Of a stretch of DNA of 64,000 nucleotides, positions 23,501 to 38,500 are shown in pieces (the first letter of the stretch is position 1; every line of letters begins with the position of its first letter). The position numbers were made by a program, and so were the translations under genes. Source of the DNA: Antedon mediterranea (Eukaryota > Animalia > Echinodermata); assembly GCF_964355755.1 (NCBI RefSeq), contig NC_092677.1:4052101-4116100 (forward strand). Reading direction: 5' to 3'. The notes below the pieces were generated by a model. It saw only the letters and a program-made list of their open reading frames with translations, did no database searches and was not told where the DNA came from.

Positions 23501-26500
23501 ATTTTACGTACGCTTAAAATAACCGATGACGTCATCATTTTGTTACATTGCGGGCGCAATTTAACAACAACAAAGCACACAAAGCCACAATCATGGCTGT
23601 GTGAGGAATTCTGCTGTGTGTGGGGGACAAGCTACGCACGTGCATTCCCCCTAAAGCAGCGACTGTTTTTATTGATAGAAAACAATTATATTTTACACTT
23701 TATTTAAACATCGCACAGCCTGTATAACTGTACTTTTCTAGTTAGGCCTCACATCTTGCTAGCCCTGCTAGCCTAGCCTGAATAGCCTAGGCCTAGCTAA
23801 GCTAGTGACGCATACTGTACACAGTACTGAGTTCAGAAGTAGGCAAATACGGCTAGCTACGATCTCTACGTATTTGGGGTCAAGTTAAGGTCAACCTTGA
23901 TTTTACGAATCCCTTGTTTTACGTACGCCTTTCGGTCCCGTACCGTACGTAAAATGGAGGTTCTACTGTATAAGTTTTTGGGAGAGCATACCTTGTGATT
24001 GCCAATGGACTGTCCACGAGTACCTTTCCGGCCATCGGGAAATTCCGCACTACAAAAACACATTGAAATGAGGGTAGAGAGTATATCTAGAATAAGAGAA
24101 AAGAACTTTATAAAATATGATTGACATTTATTTGAGTAAAAACTATTTTTAATGCATTACATCATGTTACATGAATATTCATAAAGCTAAATTATTCGTC
24201 TTAATAGCCAATTAGATAGCAGAAAGAAATCATATATATATTGTATGTAGTGATTTTCATATTTTAACCTTCCTACCTCAAGTAAACCATTCTCCCTGCA
24301 AACAGCACACCAATAGCTTAGGTTAATAACCTCCTCCTTGACCTCTTCTGGTTTACTAAAAGTAATAGAAAACATATATACTTATGTACATGGGGTTAAA
24401 TTTATGAAACATGCTTAGTACAAAATTCATCTTTACGTTGTCTTAAGTTAATTATTTTTATTAAGTCAGTTTCCAAAATAACCTATTAACTTAAGAAAAT
24501 ATATTTACTTACAAAAATACTGTCAAAATACTATGCTATAGATCAAAATAACTGGTTTGATAAATAAGGTATCTTAACTACATTGACTTAAGCAAAAACA
24601 TTGATAAATTTGCCTAAATATATGAACAGAAAAAAATTCCCACTCTCTTAATAACAACAATAAAAAATACACAATATTACCTGCTTTCGGTCGTACTTGT
24701 CTCTTCAGTCGTAGGTTTAAACATAGTGGGTTCAGAATCACCATATAATAACTCATCTTCATCATCTACATTTCTATAATAAATAAATAAAATGTTTTTG
24801 ATTAAATGATTAAAAAATAATAGAGATCTGTGGTCATATTCATCAATCAAACTTAAGTGAGATATTTCCCTTAAGTATTTTACTTAAGTTAATAAATATT
24901 TAAGGATTCTTCTTAAGTGGATAGGAGAGTTTTTGGATTTTATGGTATATCCCTTAGCCTTAGCATTATTGTTGAATACAACATCTGAGGTATGTAAGTG
25001 TTTACCTAGACAGTTCAATAGATAGATGTCATGACTTGTTAATTTTTGGGAACAAGGAATTATAGTGTGGGTAGATAAAATAACCAAGGTCAAATATCTT
25101 GATATGAAAACATTTCAGAAATCTTGATAGCATTTTTGTAACGTATTATAAAACAATACCTTGTTTCAGAAACAGATATAGATTCGGATTTCTTCCTATC
25201 TTTTTTCACAGGAGTCTTCGCAACTTTACATTTGGTCGTAAACATACCGCCCTCATTGACATAAGCACTCAGAGCAAGAATCTTTGATGTCTGCAATATG
25301 TATGGAGGGAAAACAATTATTTTTAAGAATTGGTTGTTGAAAACTATGTTTGTTCTAGTGTGAGAAAATATGTATTGTTGATTTGGTTAGTGTGCTTTTG
25401 TGGGTTTTTAACTATCTATATCTTTATCTGTCTGTCTGTCCGTCCAATCATCCATCTTTCTATTTATCCTTAGTACCTATATATAATGCCCAAATATGGT
25501 AGTGATGTGCACAAATATAGCAGTGATATGACATCATCATGTCCATATATGGGCACATCACATTTTGTTGTCAGTTTGATAGTGTAGACAGAGCTTTAGG
25601 TTGTATGGACAATGTTAAAAAGGAGAGGCAAGGGTGTAAAAAGGAGTTACTTAAAAATCGTACTACTTGAGAAAAAGTGTTTTAACTTTTGTTAAATAGT
25701 TTTTAAAACTTACTAACCTGAGAAATCTCTGGTTTGAGTATACTCAATCGATGACCGGTACCATGAGAGTCCTCTTTCAGACTTAGTAGCACTATATGCC
25801 CACTCTCACTCATGATGACGACAAAAGGATCAGCCACTGAACACAGCATGATGGGAGAGCCGATGTCTAGTGGAATATGCTGCAGTTGATTGGCTACAAG
25901 AATCATAATATAATATAAACGTGCATACTATTCTGTTTTTTTTTCATAAAAAAAATAAACAAAAGATTGATTGATATATTGTTTTCTAGATTATGATATA
26001 AAGAAAAATTGCCTAAAATACCTCCTTCTAACAGCCTGACACCCATCTGTGAGACTTGCAAGATGTATTTATTGTTGCCTAGGTTACCAGCGTAAACAGT
26101 TGGCCCTTGTGTACTAAAACCACTTTGATCCAGCTCTGTAATTTCTTGTCCTGTTTGAAGAATCTAAAACAAAATGATGTCATCAAAATATTATTTAGAA
26201 TGTGATCAGTTGATTGTAGTCAACATAAAATAAAAAGGTATTAATTCTGATCCAATTTTGGGTCAAAGTAGATAACTGTTATGTGACATCAAAATGGCAT
26301 ATTCAACCAAAAATGTTTTAAGAATTATTTTTTCAGAGAGACAATACATCTTAAATATTCCAACTTTCTATACTAAGAAGATACAATACAATATCATTCT
26401 TAATACCTTCGCTATTGGTATATAAATAGTTGTTACCTACCATAGTAGAATCCAGCCTGCTGAGAATCAAGAACGAATGGCTTATTTCTGTACTTGTATT

Positions 26501-29500
26501 GGTCTTTGTTTCACCCTCTACACCTTCAGTTTCCTTAGAGCAAAATAATAAATGATCATTATCAAACTAGTTGGACAAAAAAGTGTTATATATAGAAATA
26601 GAAAGTGCTTGTTTAATGTTATATTTTGAAAGTTAAACAGAATACAATGTGTACCTTAATCGCTTCTTTCTGACCAATCACTGTCCACATATCCAAGCAA
26701 CCAGGAAGTTCAAAGGTTGTGACAACTTGTGGTCTTATAGTACGCTGAAATTTAAATGTACACAGTGTTACATACAAGAAAGTGTTATAAAACAAAGATG
26801 GTATAGTCATGTAGGGCTGATATAAAAGCATACAGCTTAAAGTTATTATAAACATTTTCTCATAACACCCACAGAAATATTAAAGTTTAGCATGAATGAT
26901 AAAAAATAACTCACCCTTAAAACAGATAGAGCTCCATTCTTACCATAGCCTGAACAAATCACCAATTCGATATCTGGGTCTGGGTTATTTTGAAACTAAG
27001 AAAACAGGGGGTATTACTATTATGAAGTATTATGAAGTATGATTATTATCTATTATTATACCTATTCAGAAAATAATTTATATATATATATAATTAATAA
27101 AAGGGAGACAGACAGATATACAATTCTTGCTAAGCATTCAATCGCTGTAACAGAATAACTGAAGAAGGTGTCCCCTTAATAGGTCCACTGAATAGGGGTT
27201 GGATGTATTTTTAAACATGTTGCTCCTTATCCTCATGGGAAAGTGTCCCCTTAATAGGGGTGTCCCCTGAATAGAGGAGGGATTCTACTGTAATACAATA
27301 AATTCTTACCTCCTCAGAAAGAAATGCTGGCTCACCCATAACCATACTTCCACATGGCCCTATATTAAGCAGACTGTCTGAAACCTAATGAATAATCATT
27401 ATCCATTACAATAATTATAAAAACCTAATCGGAATGTCATAATGATAAAAGCATGTTTGGAACCTAATGAATATCCATTACTCATTATAATAATAATAAT
27501 TATAAAAGCCTAAATGAGACGTTTTATCAACTCATCATAATAATAAAAGACTGTGTGGAATCTAATGAATATTCATAACTTATAAATATTTTATAAGCTT
27601 GATTGCAATGTAAGCAATGCTATGGTTTTACAGTAACGTATGGAGTGCTAAAAAGTAACAAACGGTAGCATACCTCAAATGTATAGCTTTTAACTTGCGT
27701 GCCAGTTTTCTGTGCTTGCTTGCCATACACTTCAAGTTCATCAGGATCTTCAAGTAGGTTCACGTCAGATGCTGAAGTGAAAAGAAAAAAAAATGTACTT
27801 ACCAAATAAGGAACAGTGAGGAGGAGGCGAGTCCCGTGTTCTCTGTTAGGAGCTCATTGTACTAAGCCTCGGCATTATGTGGTAGGGTGGCCAGTTCCCT
27901 TCCATGCCGCCTTTTTTCTCCCTAGTATTTTCAACCAGGTACTCATTTACAGCTGAGTGGACTGGGAGTTGTCGGGAATTGAACCCGGGTCTATCTGTAT
28001 GACAGTCAAGTGTCCTAACCACTCGGCTATCCAACTCCTAGGAACAGTACTTACCAAATAAGGAACAGTACTTACCAAATAAGGAACAGTACTTACCAAA
28101 TAAGGAACAGTACTTACCAAATAAGGAACAGTACTTACCAAATAAGGAACAGTACTTACCAAATAAGGAACAGTACTTACCAAATAAGGAACAGTACTTA
28201 CCAAATAAGGAACAGTACTTACCAAATAAGGAACAGTACTTACCAAATAAGGAACAGTACTTACCAAATAAGGAACAGTACTTACCAAATAAGGGACAGT
28301 ACTTACCAAATAAGGGACAGTACTTACCAAATAAGGAACAGTACTTACCAAATAAGGAACAGTACTTACCAAATAAGGAACAGTACTTACCAAATAAGGA
28401 ACAGTACTTACCAAATAAGGAACAGTACTTACCAAATAAGGAACAGTACTTACCAAATAAGGAACAGTACTTACCAAATAAGGAACAGTACTTACCAAAT
28501 AAGGAACAGTACTTACCAAATAAGGAACAGTACTTACCAAATAAGGAACAGTACTTACCAAATAAGGAACAGTACTTACCAAATAAGGAACAGTACTTAC
28601 CAAATAAGGAACAGTACTTACCAAATAAGGAACAGTACTTACCAAATAAGGAACAGTACTTACCAAATAAGGAACAGTACTTACCAAATAAGGGACATTA
28701 CTTACCAAATAAGGGACATTACTTACCAAATAAGGGACATTACTTACCAAATAAGGAACAGTACTTACCAAATAAGGAACAGTACTTACCAAATAAGGAA
28801 CAGTACTTACCAAATAAGGAACAGTACTTACCAAATAAGGGACAGTACTTACCAAATAAGGGACAGTACTTACCAAATAAGGGACAGTACTTACCAAATA
28901 AGGGACAGTACTTACCAAATAAGGGACAGTACTTACCAAATAAGGAACAGTACTTACCAAATAAGGAACAGTACTTACCAAATAAGGAACAGTACTTACC
29001 AAATAAGGAACAGTACTTACCAAATAAGGAACAGTACTTACCAAATAAGGAACAGTACTTACCAAATAAGGAACAGTACTTACCAAATAAGGAACAGTAC
29101 TTACCAAATAAGGAACAGTACTTACCAAATAAGGAACAGTACTTACCAAATAAGGAACAGTACTTACCAAATAAGGAACAGTACTTACCAAATAAAAAAC
29201 AGTACTTACCAAATAAAAAACAGTACTTACCAAATAAGGAAGAGTACTTACCAAATAAGGAACAGTACTTACCAAATAAGGAACAGTACTTACCAAATAA
29301 GGAACAGTACTTACCAAATAAGGAACAGTACTTACCAAATAAGGAACAGTACTTACCAAATAAGGAACAGTACTTACCAAATAAGGAACAGTACTTACCA
29401 AATAAGGAACAGTACTTACCAAATAAGGAACAGTACTTACCAAATAAGGAACAGTACTTACCAAATAAGGAACAGTACTTACCAAATAAGGAACAGTACT

Positions 29501-32500
29501 TACCAAATAAGGAACAGTACTTACCAAATAAGGAACAGTACTTACCAAATAAGGAACAGTACTTACCAAATAAGGAACAGTACTTACCAAATAAGGAACA
29601 GTACTTACCAAATAAGGAACAGTACTTACCAAATAAGGAACAGTACTTACCAAATAAGGAACAGTACTTACCAAATAAGGAACAGTACTTACCAAATAAG
29701 GAACAGTACTTACCAAATAAGGAACAGTACTTACCAAATAAGGAACAGTACTTACCAAATAAGGAACAGTACTTACCAAATAAGGAACAGTACTTACCAA
29801 ATAAGGAACAGTACTTACCAAATAAGGAACAGTACTTACCAAATAAGGAACAGTACTTACCAAATAAGGAACAGTACTTACCAAATAAGGAACAGTACTT
29901 ACCAAATAAGGAACAGTACTTACCAAATAAGGAACAGTACTTACCAAATAAGGAACAGTACTTACCAAATAAGGAACAGTACTTACCAAATAAGGAACAG
30001 TACTTACCAAATAAGGAACAGTACTTACCAAATAAGGAACAGTACTTACCAAATAAGGAACAGTACTTACCAAATAAGGAACAGTACTTACCAAATAAGG
30101 AACAGTACTTACCAAATAAGGAACAGTACTTACCAAATAAGGAACAGTACTTACCAAATAAGGAACAGTACTTACCAAATAAGGAACAGTACTTACCAAA
30201 TAAGGAACAGTACTTACCAAATAAGGAACAGTACTTACCAAATAAGGAACAGTACTTACCAAATAAGGAACAGTACTTACCAAATAAGGAACAGTACTTA
30301 CCAAATAAGGGACATTACTTACCAAATAAGGAACAGTACTTACCAAATAAGGAACAGTACTTACCAAATAAGGGACAGTACTTACCAAATAAGGAATAGT
30401 ACTTACCAAATAAGGGACACTACTTACCAAATAAGGGACAGTACTTACCAAATAAGGAACAGTACTTACCAAATAAGGGACAGTACTTACCAAATAAGGA
30501 ACAGTACTTACCAAATAAGGGACACTACTTACAAAATAAGGGACAGTACTTACCAATCCAGTCGCTTGCATCTTCTCCTCTCACTTTCTTAGTTGGTGGT
30601 TCTCCCTGAAAAAAAAATAAGATGGTACTTCAGAAATAAAGAAGATAAAGGCATAACAACATAAGAGAATTTTTACAAATATTTGATACTAACCTCTTTT
30701 CTTTCTTTCTTGACAGCATCTAAAAAACAACAAAACCATGTAATATAAATAATCACATATAAACATTATTATTACCACAACATACAATAAACAACTCTAA
30801 CTGACCAAAACATAATTATCTAATTACGGCCTACCTTCTGTTTCAGCTTTTTCTGTATATTTAAGAAGTAGAGAATTTCCCAGTCTGGATCCAAGAAATA
30901 AATAGCCCTCTTCCATTTTACATATCTAAAAAAGAATACGTTATTTTATTTTAGGTATTTGTTCTTACCGAGATGGAAAATTTAGCAACCAATATAGTGT
31001 GGATTATTGAATTGTTTTTAAAGGTCATTTTCAAAATTGACGAAGGTGGCTTGCTAGTCCTTTTAACCGAAGTGGGAGAGTGCATGGTCATCTTCTGCAC
31101 TAAAAACCGCAGCTGAACAAAGGGTAAAAAAAACCCCGAGCCATGGTCAAATATTAATTTAAAAAGTAGGTATAATTAGCTGAGTTAAACGATGTTACAG
31201 GATGATACTTAAATTGTTTGGAATATACAACATAAATACATATACTGGAATTTGGCCAGCTTTCAACCAGTCATTCATAATAAAATTACTAATAACGAAA
31301 ATCTACCTGGTGGTGGTCACTATTGACTGGATTTTAGACATGACTAATTTCAACTAAATTTATATACATGTTACTCACACAAGTCGTCAGTACACTAGCC
31401 GCCGCCTTGTAAAAATGAAACCCTCTAACACTCCTCATGCCATCAATCATCAAAGTTAAAACATAGCTGAAAATATTAAAATACAACTCTCCAAACAAAA
31501 TTGTTCATATTAAAAGAGTAGCTGTAGGTCTAAAAATATGGAATGTGGAGTCCTATTATTATATCTTGCATATCATCAATCAAAAACAATTTTTTTTCAC
31601 CCAAATTTCATAAGCTGTTGCTGGAACATTCCTCTCTCATTACCATTTATTTAAAAAAAATGTAATGATGAATTAAAATTTAGTTATAGATATACAGTCA
31701 ACTCTCCCAATACCGGACATCTTTGGGCTGGCAAAATATGTCAGTTTTTTTCAAAAAGTCTTGTATATAAAAAGTGTTTTAATTGTAAAAAGGAATTTTG
31801 AACCTTTTGGACTTTTTTTTTTGGACGGTTTTCTGAGAGTCCGGTATTGGGAGAGTTGACTGCATACAAAAAAGCCCTGTAGCACTACTTTTTTCATAAA
31901 AAATTGGCTTATTTTCATGTTAGTTCTATTTCACTGCAGTCAAAAAATTAGTAGAGTTACTATCAATGCCATCGCAAAGTCTTATAATAGAAATTTTAAA
32001 CATGTTTATTAAAAATATTATATATCTTACATTTCTCCTCCTTTTAGTGACAGCACTAACTTATCAAAACTAATGAATGTAATTTGGCAGCAGTCCAATG
32101 ATATCGTTACTCCACTTTGTTTTTCTAAAAATTGTAAAATATTTGAAATTTAATAAAACAAAACGATATTATTAATATTAATTTTTTAAATGATCATACA
32201 AAATAAAAAATATTTATTAATACATTACAACTATCCAAAGTGTCTCCTAAATAGGGGTTGGCCTTAGTGTTAAAATATATAATGCTTCTCATTCATGTCC
32301 TCTGAAAAGAGGGTGTCCCCAAAGAACCGGTATATAATGCTTCTCATTCATGTCCCCTGAATAGAGGGTGTCCCCAAAGAACCGGTATATAATGCTTCTG
32401 ATTCATGTCCCCTGAATAGAAGGTGTCCCCAAAGAACCGGTATATAATGCTTCTCATTCATATCCCCTGAATAGAGGGTGTCCCCAAAGAACCGGTATAT

Positions 32501-35500
32501 AATGCTTCTCATTCATGTCCCCTGAATAGAAGGTGTCCCCAAAGAACCGGTATATAATGCTTCTCATTCATATCCCCTGAATAGAGGGTGTCCCCAAAGA
32601 ACCGGTATATAATGCTTCTCATTCATGTCCCCTGAATAGAGGGTGTCCCCAAAGAACCGGTATATAATGCTTCTCATTCATGTCCCCTGAATAGAGGGTG
32701 TCCCCAAAGAACCGGTATATAATGCTTCTCATTCATGTCCCCTGAATAGAGGGTGTCCCCAAAGAACCGGTATATAATGCTTCTCATTCATGTCCCCTGA
32801 ATAGAAGGTGTCCCCAAAGAACCGGTATATAATGCTTCTCATTCATGTCCCCTGAATAGAGGGTGTCCCCAAAGAACCGGTATATAATGCTTCTCACTCA
32901 TGTCCCCTGAATAGAGGGTGTCCCCAAAGAACCGGTATATAATGCTTCTCATTCATGTCCCCTGAATAGAGGGTGTCCCCAAAGAACCGGTATATAATGC
33001 TTCTCATTCATGTCCCCTGAATAGAGGGTGTCCCCAAAGAACCGGTATATAATGCTTCTCACTCATGTCCCCTGAATAGAGGGTGTCCCCAAAGAACCGG
33101 TATATAATGCTTCTCATTCATGTCCCCTGAATAGAGGGTGTCCCCAAAGAACCGGTATATAATGCTTCTCATTCATGTCCCCTGAATAGAGGGTGTCCCC
33201 AAAGAACCGGTATATAATGCTTCTCATTCATGTCCCCTGAATAGAGGGTGTCCCCAAAGAACCGGTATATAATGCTTCTCATTCATGTCCTCTGAATAGA
33301 GGGTGTCCCCAAAGAACCGGTATATAATGCTTCTCATTCATGTCCCCTGAATAGAGGGTGTCACCAAAGAACCGGTATATAATGCTTCTCATTCATGTCC
33401 CCTGAATAGAGGGTGTCCCCAAAGAACCGGTATATAATGCTTCTCATTCATTTCCCCTGAATAGAGGGTGTCCCCAAAGAACCGGTATATAATGCTTCTC
33501 ATTCATGTCCCCTGAATAGAGGGTGTCCCCAAAGAACCGGTATATAATGCTTCTCATTCATGTCCCCTGAATAGAGGGTGTCCCCAAAGAACCGGTATAT
33601 AATGCTTCTGATTCATGTCCCCTGAATAGAAGGTGTCACCAAAGAACCGGTATATAATGCTTCTCATTCATGTCCCCTGAATAGAGGGTGTCCCCAAAGA
33701 ACCGGTATATAATGCTTCTCATTCATGTCCCCTGAATAGAGGGTGTCCCCAAAGAACCGGTATATAATGCTTCTCATTCATGTCCCCTGAATAGAGGGTG
33801 TCCCCAAAGAACCGGTATATAATGCTTCTCATTCATGTCCCCTGAATAGAGGGTGTCCCCAAAGAACCGGTATATAATGCTTCTCATTCATGTCCCCTGA
33901 ATAGAGGGTGTCCCCAAAGAACCGGTATATAATGCTTCTCATTCATGTCCCCTGAATAGAGGGTGTCCCCAAAGAACCGGTATATAATGCTTCTCATTCA
34001 TGTCCCCTGAATAGAGGGTGTCCCCAAAGAACCGGTATATAATGCTTCTCATTCATGTCCCCTGAATAGAGGGTGTCCCCAAAGAACCGGTATATAATGC
34101 TTCTCACTCATGTCCCCTGAATAGAGGGTGTCCCCAAAGAACCGGTATATAATGCTTCTCATTCATATCCCCTGAATAGAGGGTGTCCCCAAAGAACCGG
34201 TATATAATGCTTCTCATTCATGTCCCCTGAATAGAGGGTGTCCCCAAAGAACCGGTATATAATGCTTCTCATTCATATCCCCTGAATAGAGGGTGTCCCC
34301 AAAGAACCGGTATATAATGCTTCTCATTCATGTCCCCTGAATAGAGGGTGTCCCCAAAGAACCGGTATATAATGCTTCTCATTCATGTCCCCTGAATAGA
34401 GGGTGTCCCCAAAGAACCGGTATATAATGCTTCTCATTCATGTCCCCTGAATAGAGAGTGTCCCCAAAGAACCGGTATATAATGCTTCTCATTCATGTCC
34501 CCTGAATAGAGGGTGTCCCCAAAGAACCGGTATATAATGCTTCTCATTCATGTCCCCTGAATAGAGGGTGTCCCCAAAGAACCGGTATATAATGCTTCTC
34601 ATTCATATCCCCTGAATAGAGGGTGTCCCCAAAGAACCGGTATATAATGCTTCTCATTCATGTCCCCTGAATAGAGGGTGTCCCCAAAGAACCGGTATAT
34701 AATGCTTCTCATTCATGTCCCCTGAATAGAGGGTGTCCCCAACGAACCGGTATATAATGCTTCTCATTCATGTCCCCTGAATAGAGGGTGTCCCCAAAGA
34801 ACCGGTATATAATGCTTCTCATTCATGTCCCCTGAATAGAGGGTGTCCCCAAAGAACCGGTATATAATGCTTCTCATTCATGTCCCCTGAATAGAGGGTG
34901 TCCCCAAAGAACCGGTATATAATGCTTCTCATTCATGTCCCCTGAATAGAGGGTGTCCCCAAAGAACCGGTATATAATGCTTCTCATTCATGTCCCCTGA
35001 ATAGAGGGTGTCCCCAAAGAACCGGTATATAATGCTTCTCATTCATGTCCCCTGAATAGAGGGTGTCCCCAAAGAACCGGTATATAATGCTTCTCATTCA
35101 TGTCCTCTGAATAGAGGGTGTCCCCAAAGAACCGGTATATAATGCTTCTCATTCATGTCCCCTGAATAGAGGGTGTCCCCAAAGAACCGGTATATAATGC
35201 TTCTCATTCATGTCCCCTGAATAGAGGGTGTCCCCAAAGAACCGGTATATAATGCTTCTCATTCATGTCCCCTGAATAGAGGGTGTCCCCAAAGAACCGG
35301 TATATAATGCTTCTCATTCATGTCCCCTGAATAGAGGGTGTCCCCAAAGAACCGGTATATAATGCTTCTCATTCATGTCCCCTGAATAGAGGGTGTCCCC
35401 AAAGAACCGGTATATAATGCTTCTCATTCATGTCCCCTGAATAGAGGGTGTCCCCAAAGAACCGGTATATAATGCTTCTCATTCATATCCCCTGAATAGA

Positions 35501-38500
35501 GGGTGTCCCCAAAGAACCGGTATATAATGCTTCTCATTCATGTCCCCTGAATAGAGGGTGTCCCCAAAGAACCGGTATATAATGCTTCTCATTCATGTCC
35601 CCTGAATAGAGGGTGTCCCCAAAGAACCGGTATATAATGCTTCTCACTCATGTCCCCTGAATAGAGGGTGTCCCCAAAGAACCGGTATATAATGCTTCTC
35701 ATTCATATCCCCTGAATAGAGGGTGTCCCCAAAGAACCGGTATATAATGCTTCTCATTCATGTCCCCTGAATAGAGGGTGTCCCCAAAGAACCGGTATAT
35801 AATGCTTCTCATTCATGTCCCCTGAATAGAGGGTGTCCCCAAAGAACCGGTATATAATGCTTCTCACTCATGTCCCCTGAATAGAGGGTGTCCCCAAAGA
35901 ACCGGTATATAATGCTTCTCATTCATATCCCCTGAATAGAGGGTGTCCCCAAAGAACCGGTATATAATGCTTCTCATTCATATCCCCTGAATAGAGGGTG
36001 TCCCCAAAGAACCGGTATATAATGCTTCTCATTCATGTCCCCTGAATAGAGGGTGTCCCCAAAGAACCGGTATATAATGCTTCTCATTCATGTCCCCTGA
36101 ATAGAAGGTGTCCCCAAAGAACCGGTATATAATGCTTCTCATTCATGTCCCCTGAATAGAGGGTGTCCCCAAAGAACCGGTATATAATGCTTCTCACTCA
36201 TGTCCCCTGAATAGAGGGTGTCCCCAAAGAACCGGTATATAATGCTTCTCATTCATGTCCCCTGAATAGAGGGTGTCCCCAAAGAACCGGTATATAATGC
36301 TTCTCATTCATGTCCCCTGAATAGAGGGTGTCCCCAAAGAACCGGTATATAATGCTTCTCACTCATGTCCCCTGAATAGAGGGTGTCCCCAAAGAACCGG
36401 TATATAATGCTTCTCATTCATGTCCCCTGAATAGAGGGTGTCCCCAAAGAACCGGTATATAATGCTTCTCATTCATGTCCCCTGAATAGAGGGTGTCCCC
36501 AAAGAACCGGTATATAATGCTTCTCATTCATGTCCCCTGAATAGAGGGTGTCCCCAAAGAACCGGTATATAATGCTTCTCATTCATGTCCTCTGAATAGA
36601 GGGTGTCCCCAAAGAACCGGTATATAATGCTTCTCATTCATGTCCCCTGAATAGAGGGTGTCACCAAAGAACCGGTATATAATGCTTCTCATTCATGTCC
36701 CCTGAATAGAGGGTGTCCCCAAAGAACCGGTATATAATGCTTCTCATTCATTTCCCCTGAATAGAGGGTGTCCCCAAAGAACCGGTATATAATGCTTCTC
36801 ATTCATGTCCCCTGAATAGAGGGTGTCCCCAAAGAACCGGTATATAATGCTTCTCATTCATGTCCCCTGAATAGAGGGTGTCCCCAAAGAACCGGTATAT
36901 AATGCTTCTGATTCATGTCCCCTGAATAGAAGGTGTCACCAAAGAACCGGTATATAATGCTTCTCATTCATGTCCCCTGAATAGAGGGTGTCCCCAAAGA
37001 ACCGGTATATAATGCTTCTCATTCATGTCCCCTGAATAGAGGGTGTCCCCAAAGAACCGGTATATAATGCTTCTCATTCATGTCCCCTGAATAGAGGGTG
37101 TCCCCAAAGAACCGGTATATAATGCTTCTGATTCATGTCCCCTGAATAGAGGGTGTCCCCAAAGAACCGGTATATAATGCTTCTCATTCATGTCCCCTGA
37201 ATAGAGGGTGTCCCCAAAGAACCGGTATATAATGCTTCTCATTCATATCCCCTGAATAGAGGGTGTCCCCAAAGAACCGGTATATAATGCTTCTCATTCA
37301 TGTCCCCTGAATAGAGGGTGTCCCCAAAGAACCGGTATATAATGCTTCTGATTCATGTCCCCTGAATAGAAGGTGTCACCAAAGAACCGGTATATAATGC
37401 TTCTCATTCATGTCCCCTGAATAGAGGGTGTCCCCAAAGAACCGGTATATAATGCTTCTCATTCATATCCCCTGAATAGAGGGTGTCCCCAAAGAACCGG
37501 TATATAATGCTTCTCATTCATGTCCCCTGAATAGAGGGTGTCCCCAAAGAACCGGTATATAATGCTTCTCATTCATGTCCCCTGAATAGAGGGTGTCCCC
37601 AAAGAACCGGTATATAATGCTTCTCACTCATGTCCCCTGAATAGAGGGTGTCCCCAAAGAACCGGTATATAATGCTTCTCATTCATATCCCCTGAATAGA
37701 GGGTGTCCCCAAAGAACCGGTATATAATGCTTCTCATTCATGTCCCCTGAATAGAGGGTGTCCCCAAAGAACCGGTATATAATGCTTCTCATTCATATCC
37801 CCTGAATAGAGGGTGTCCCCAAAGAACCGGTATATAATGCTTCTCATTCATGTCCCCTGAATAGAGGGTGTCCCCAAAGAACCGGTATATAATGCTTCTC
37901 ATTCATGTCCCCTGAATAGAGGGTGTCCCCAAAGAACCGGTATATAATGCTTCTCATTCATGTCCCCTGAATAGAGAGTGTCCCCAAAGAACCGGTATAT
38001 AATGCTTCTCATTCATGTCCCCTGAATAGAGGGTGTCCCCAAAGAACCGGTATATAATGCTTCTCATTCATGTCCCCTGAATAGAGGGTGTCCCCAAAGA
38101 ACCGGTATATAATGCTTCTCATTCATATCCCCTGAATAGAGGGTGTCCCCAAAGAACCGGTATATAATGCTTCTCATTCATGTCCCCTGAATAGAGGGTG
38201 TCCCCAAAGAACCGGTATATAATGCTTCTCATTCATGTCCCCTGAATAGAGGGTGTCCCCAAAGAACCGGTATATAATGCTTCTCATTCATGTCCCCTGA
38301 ATAGAGGGTGTCCCCAAAGAACCGGTATATAATGCTTCTCATTCATGTCCCCTGAATAGAGGGTGTCCCCAAAGAACCGGTATATAATGCTTCTCATTCA
38401 TGTCCCCTGAATAGAGGGTGTCCCCAAAGAACCGGTATATAATGCTTCTGATTCATGTCCCCTGAATAGAGGGTGTCCCCAAAGAACCGGTATATAATGC

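Noticed and set aside
23866-24063. ORF-track peptide suggesting an aberrant CPSF1 exon
   Set aside because: A different frame of the same DNA gives the expected [26 protein letters not shown], so the exon is normal.
27965-28039. tRNA gene (also at about 19930-19998 and 21720-21800)
   Set aside because: A and B boxes are present, but the acceptor stems do not pair convincingly and the sequences continue into SINE bodies, one with a TSD.
27947-30571. 874-aa ORF of (LVSTVPY)n
   Set aside because: By-product of a stop-free 21-bp minisatellite. It is out of frame with CPSF1, lies in an intron and ends in a SINE.
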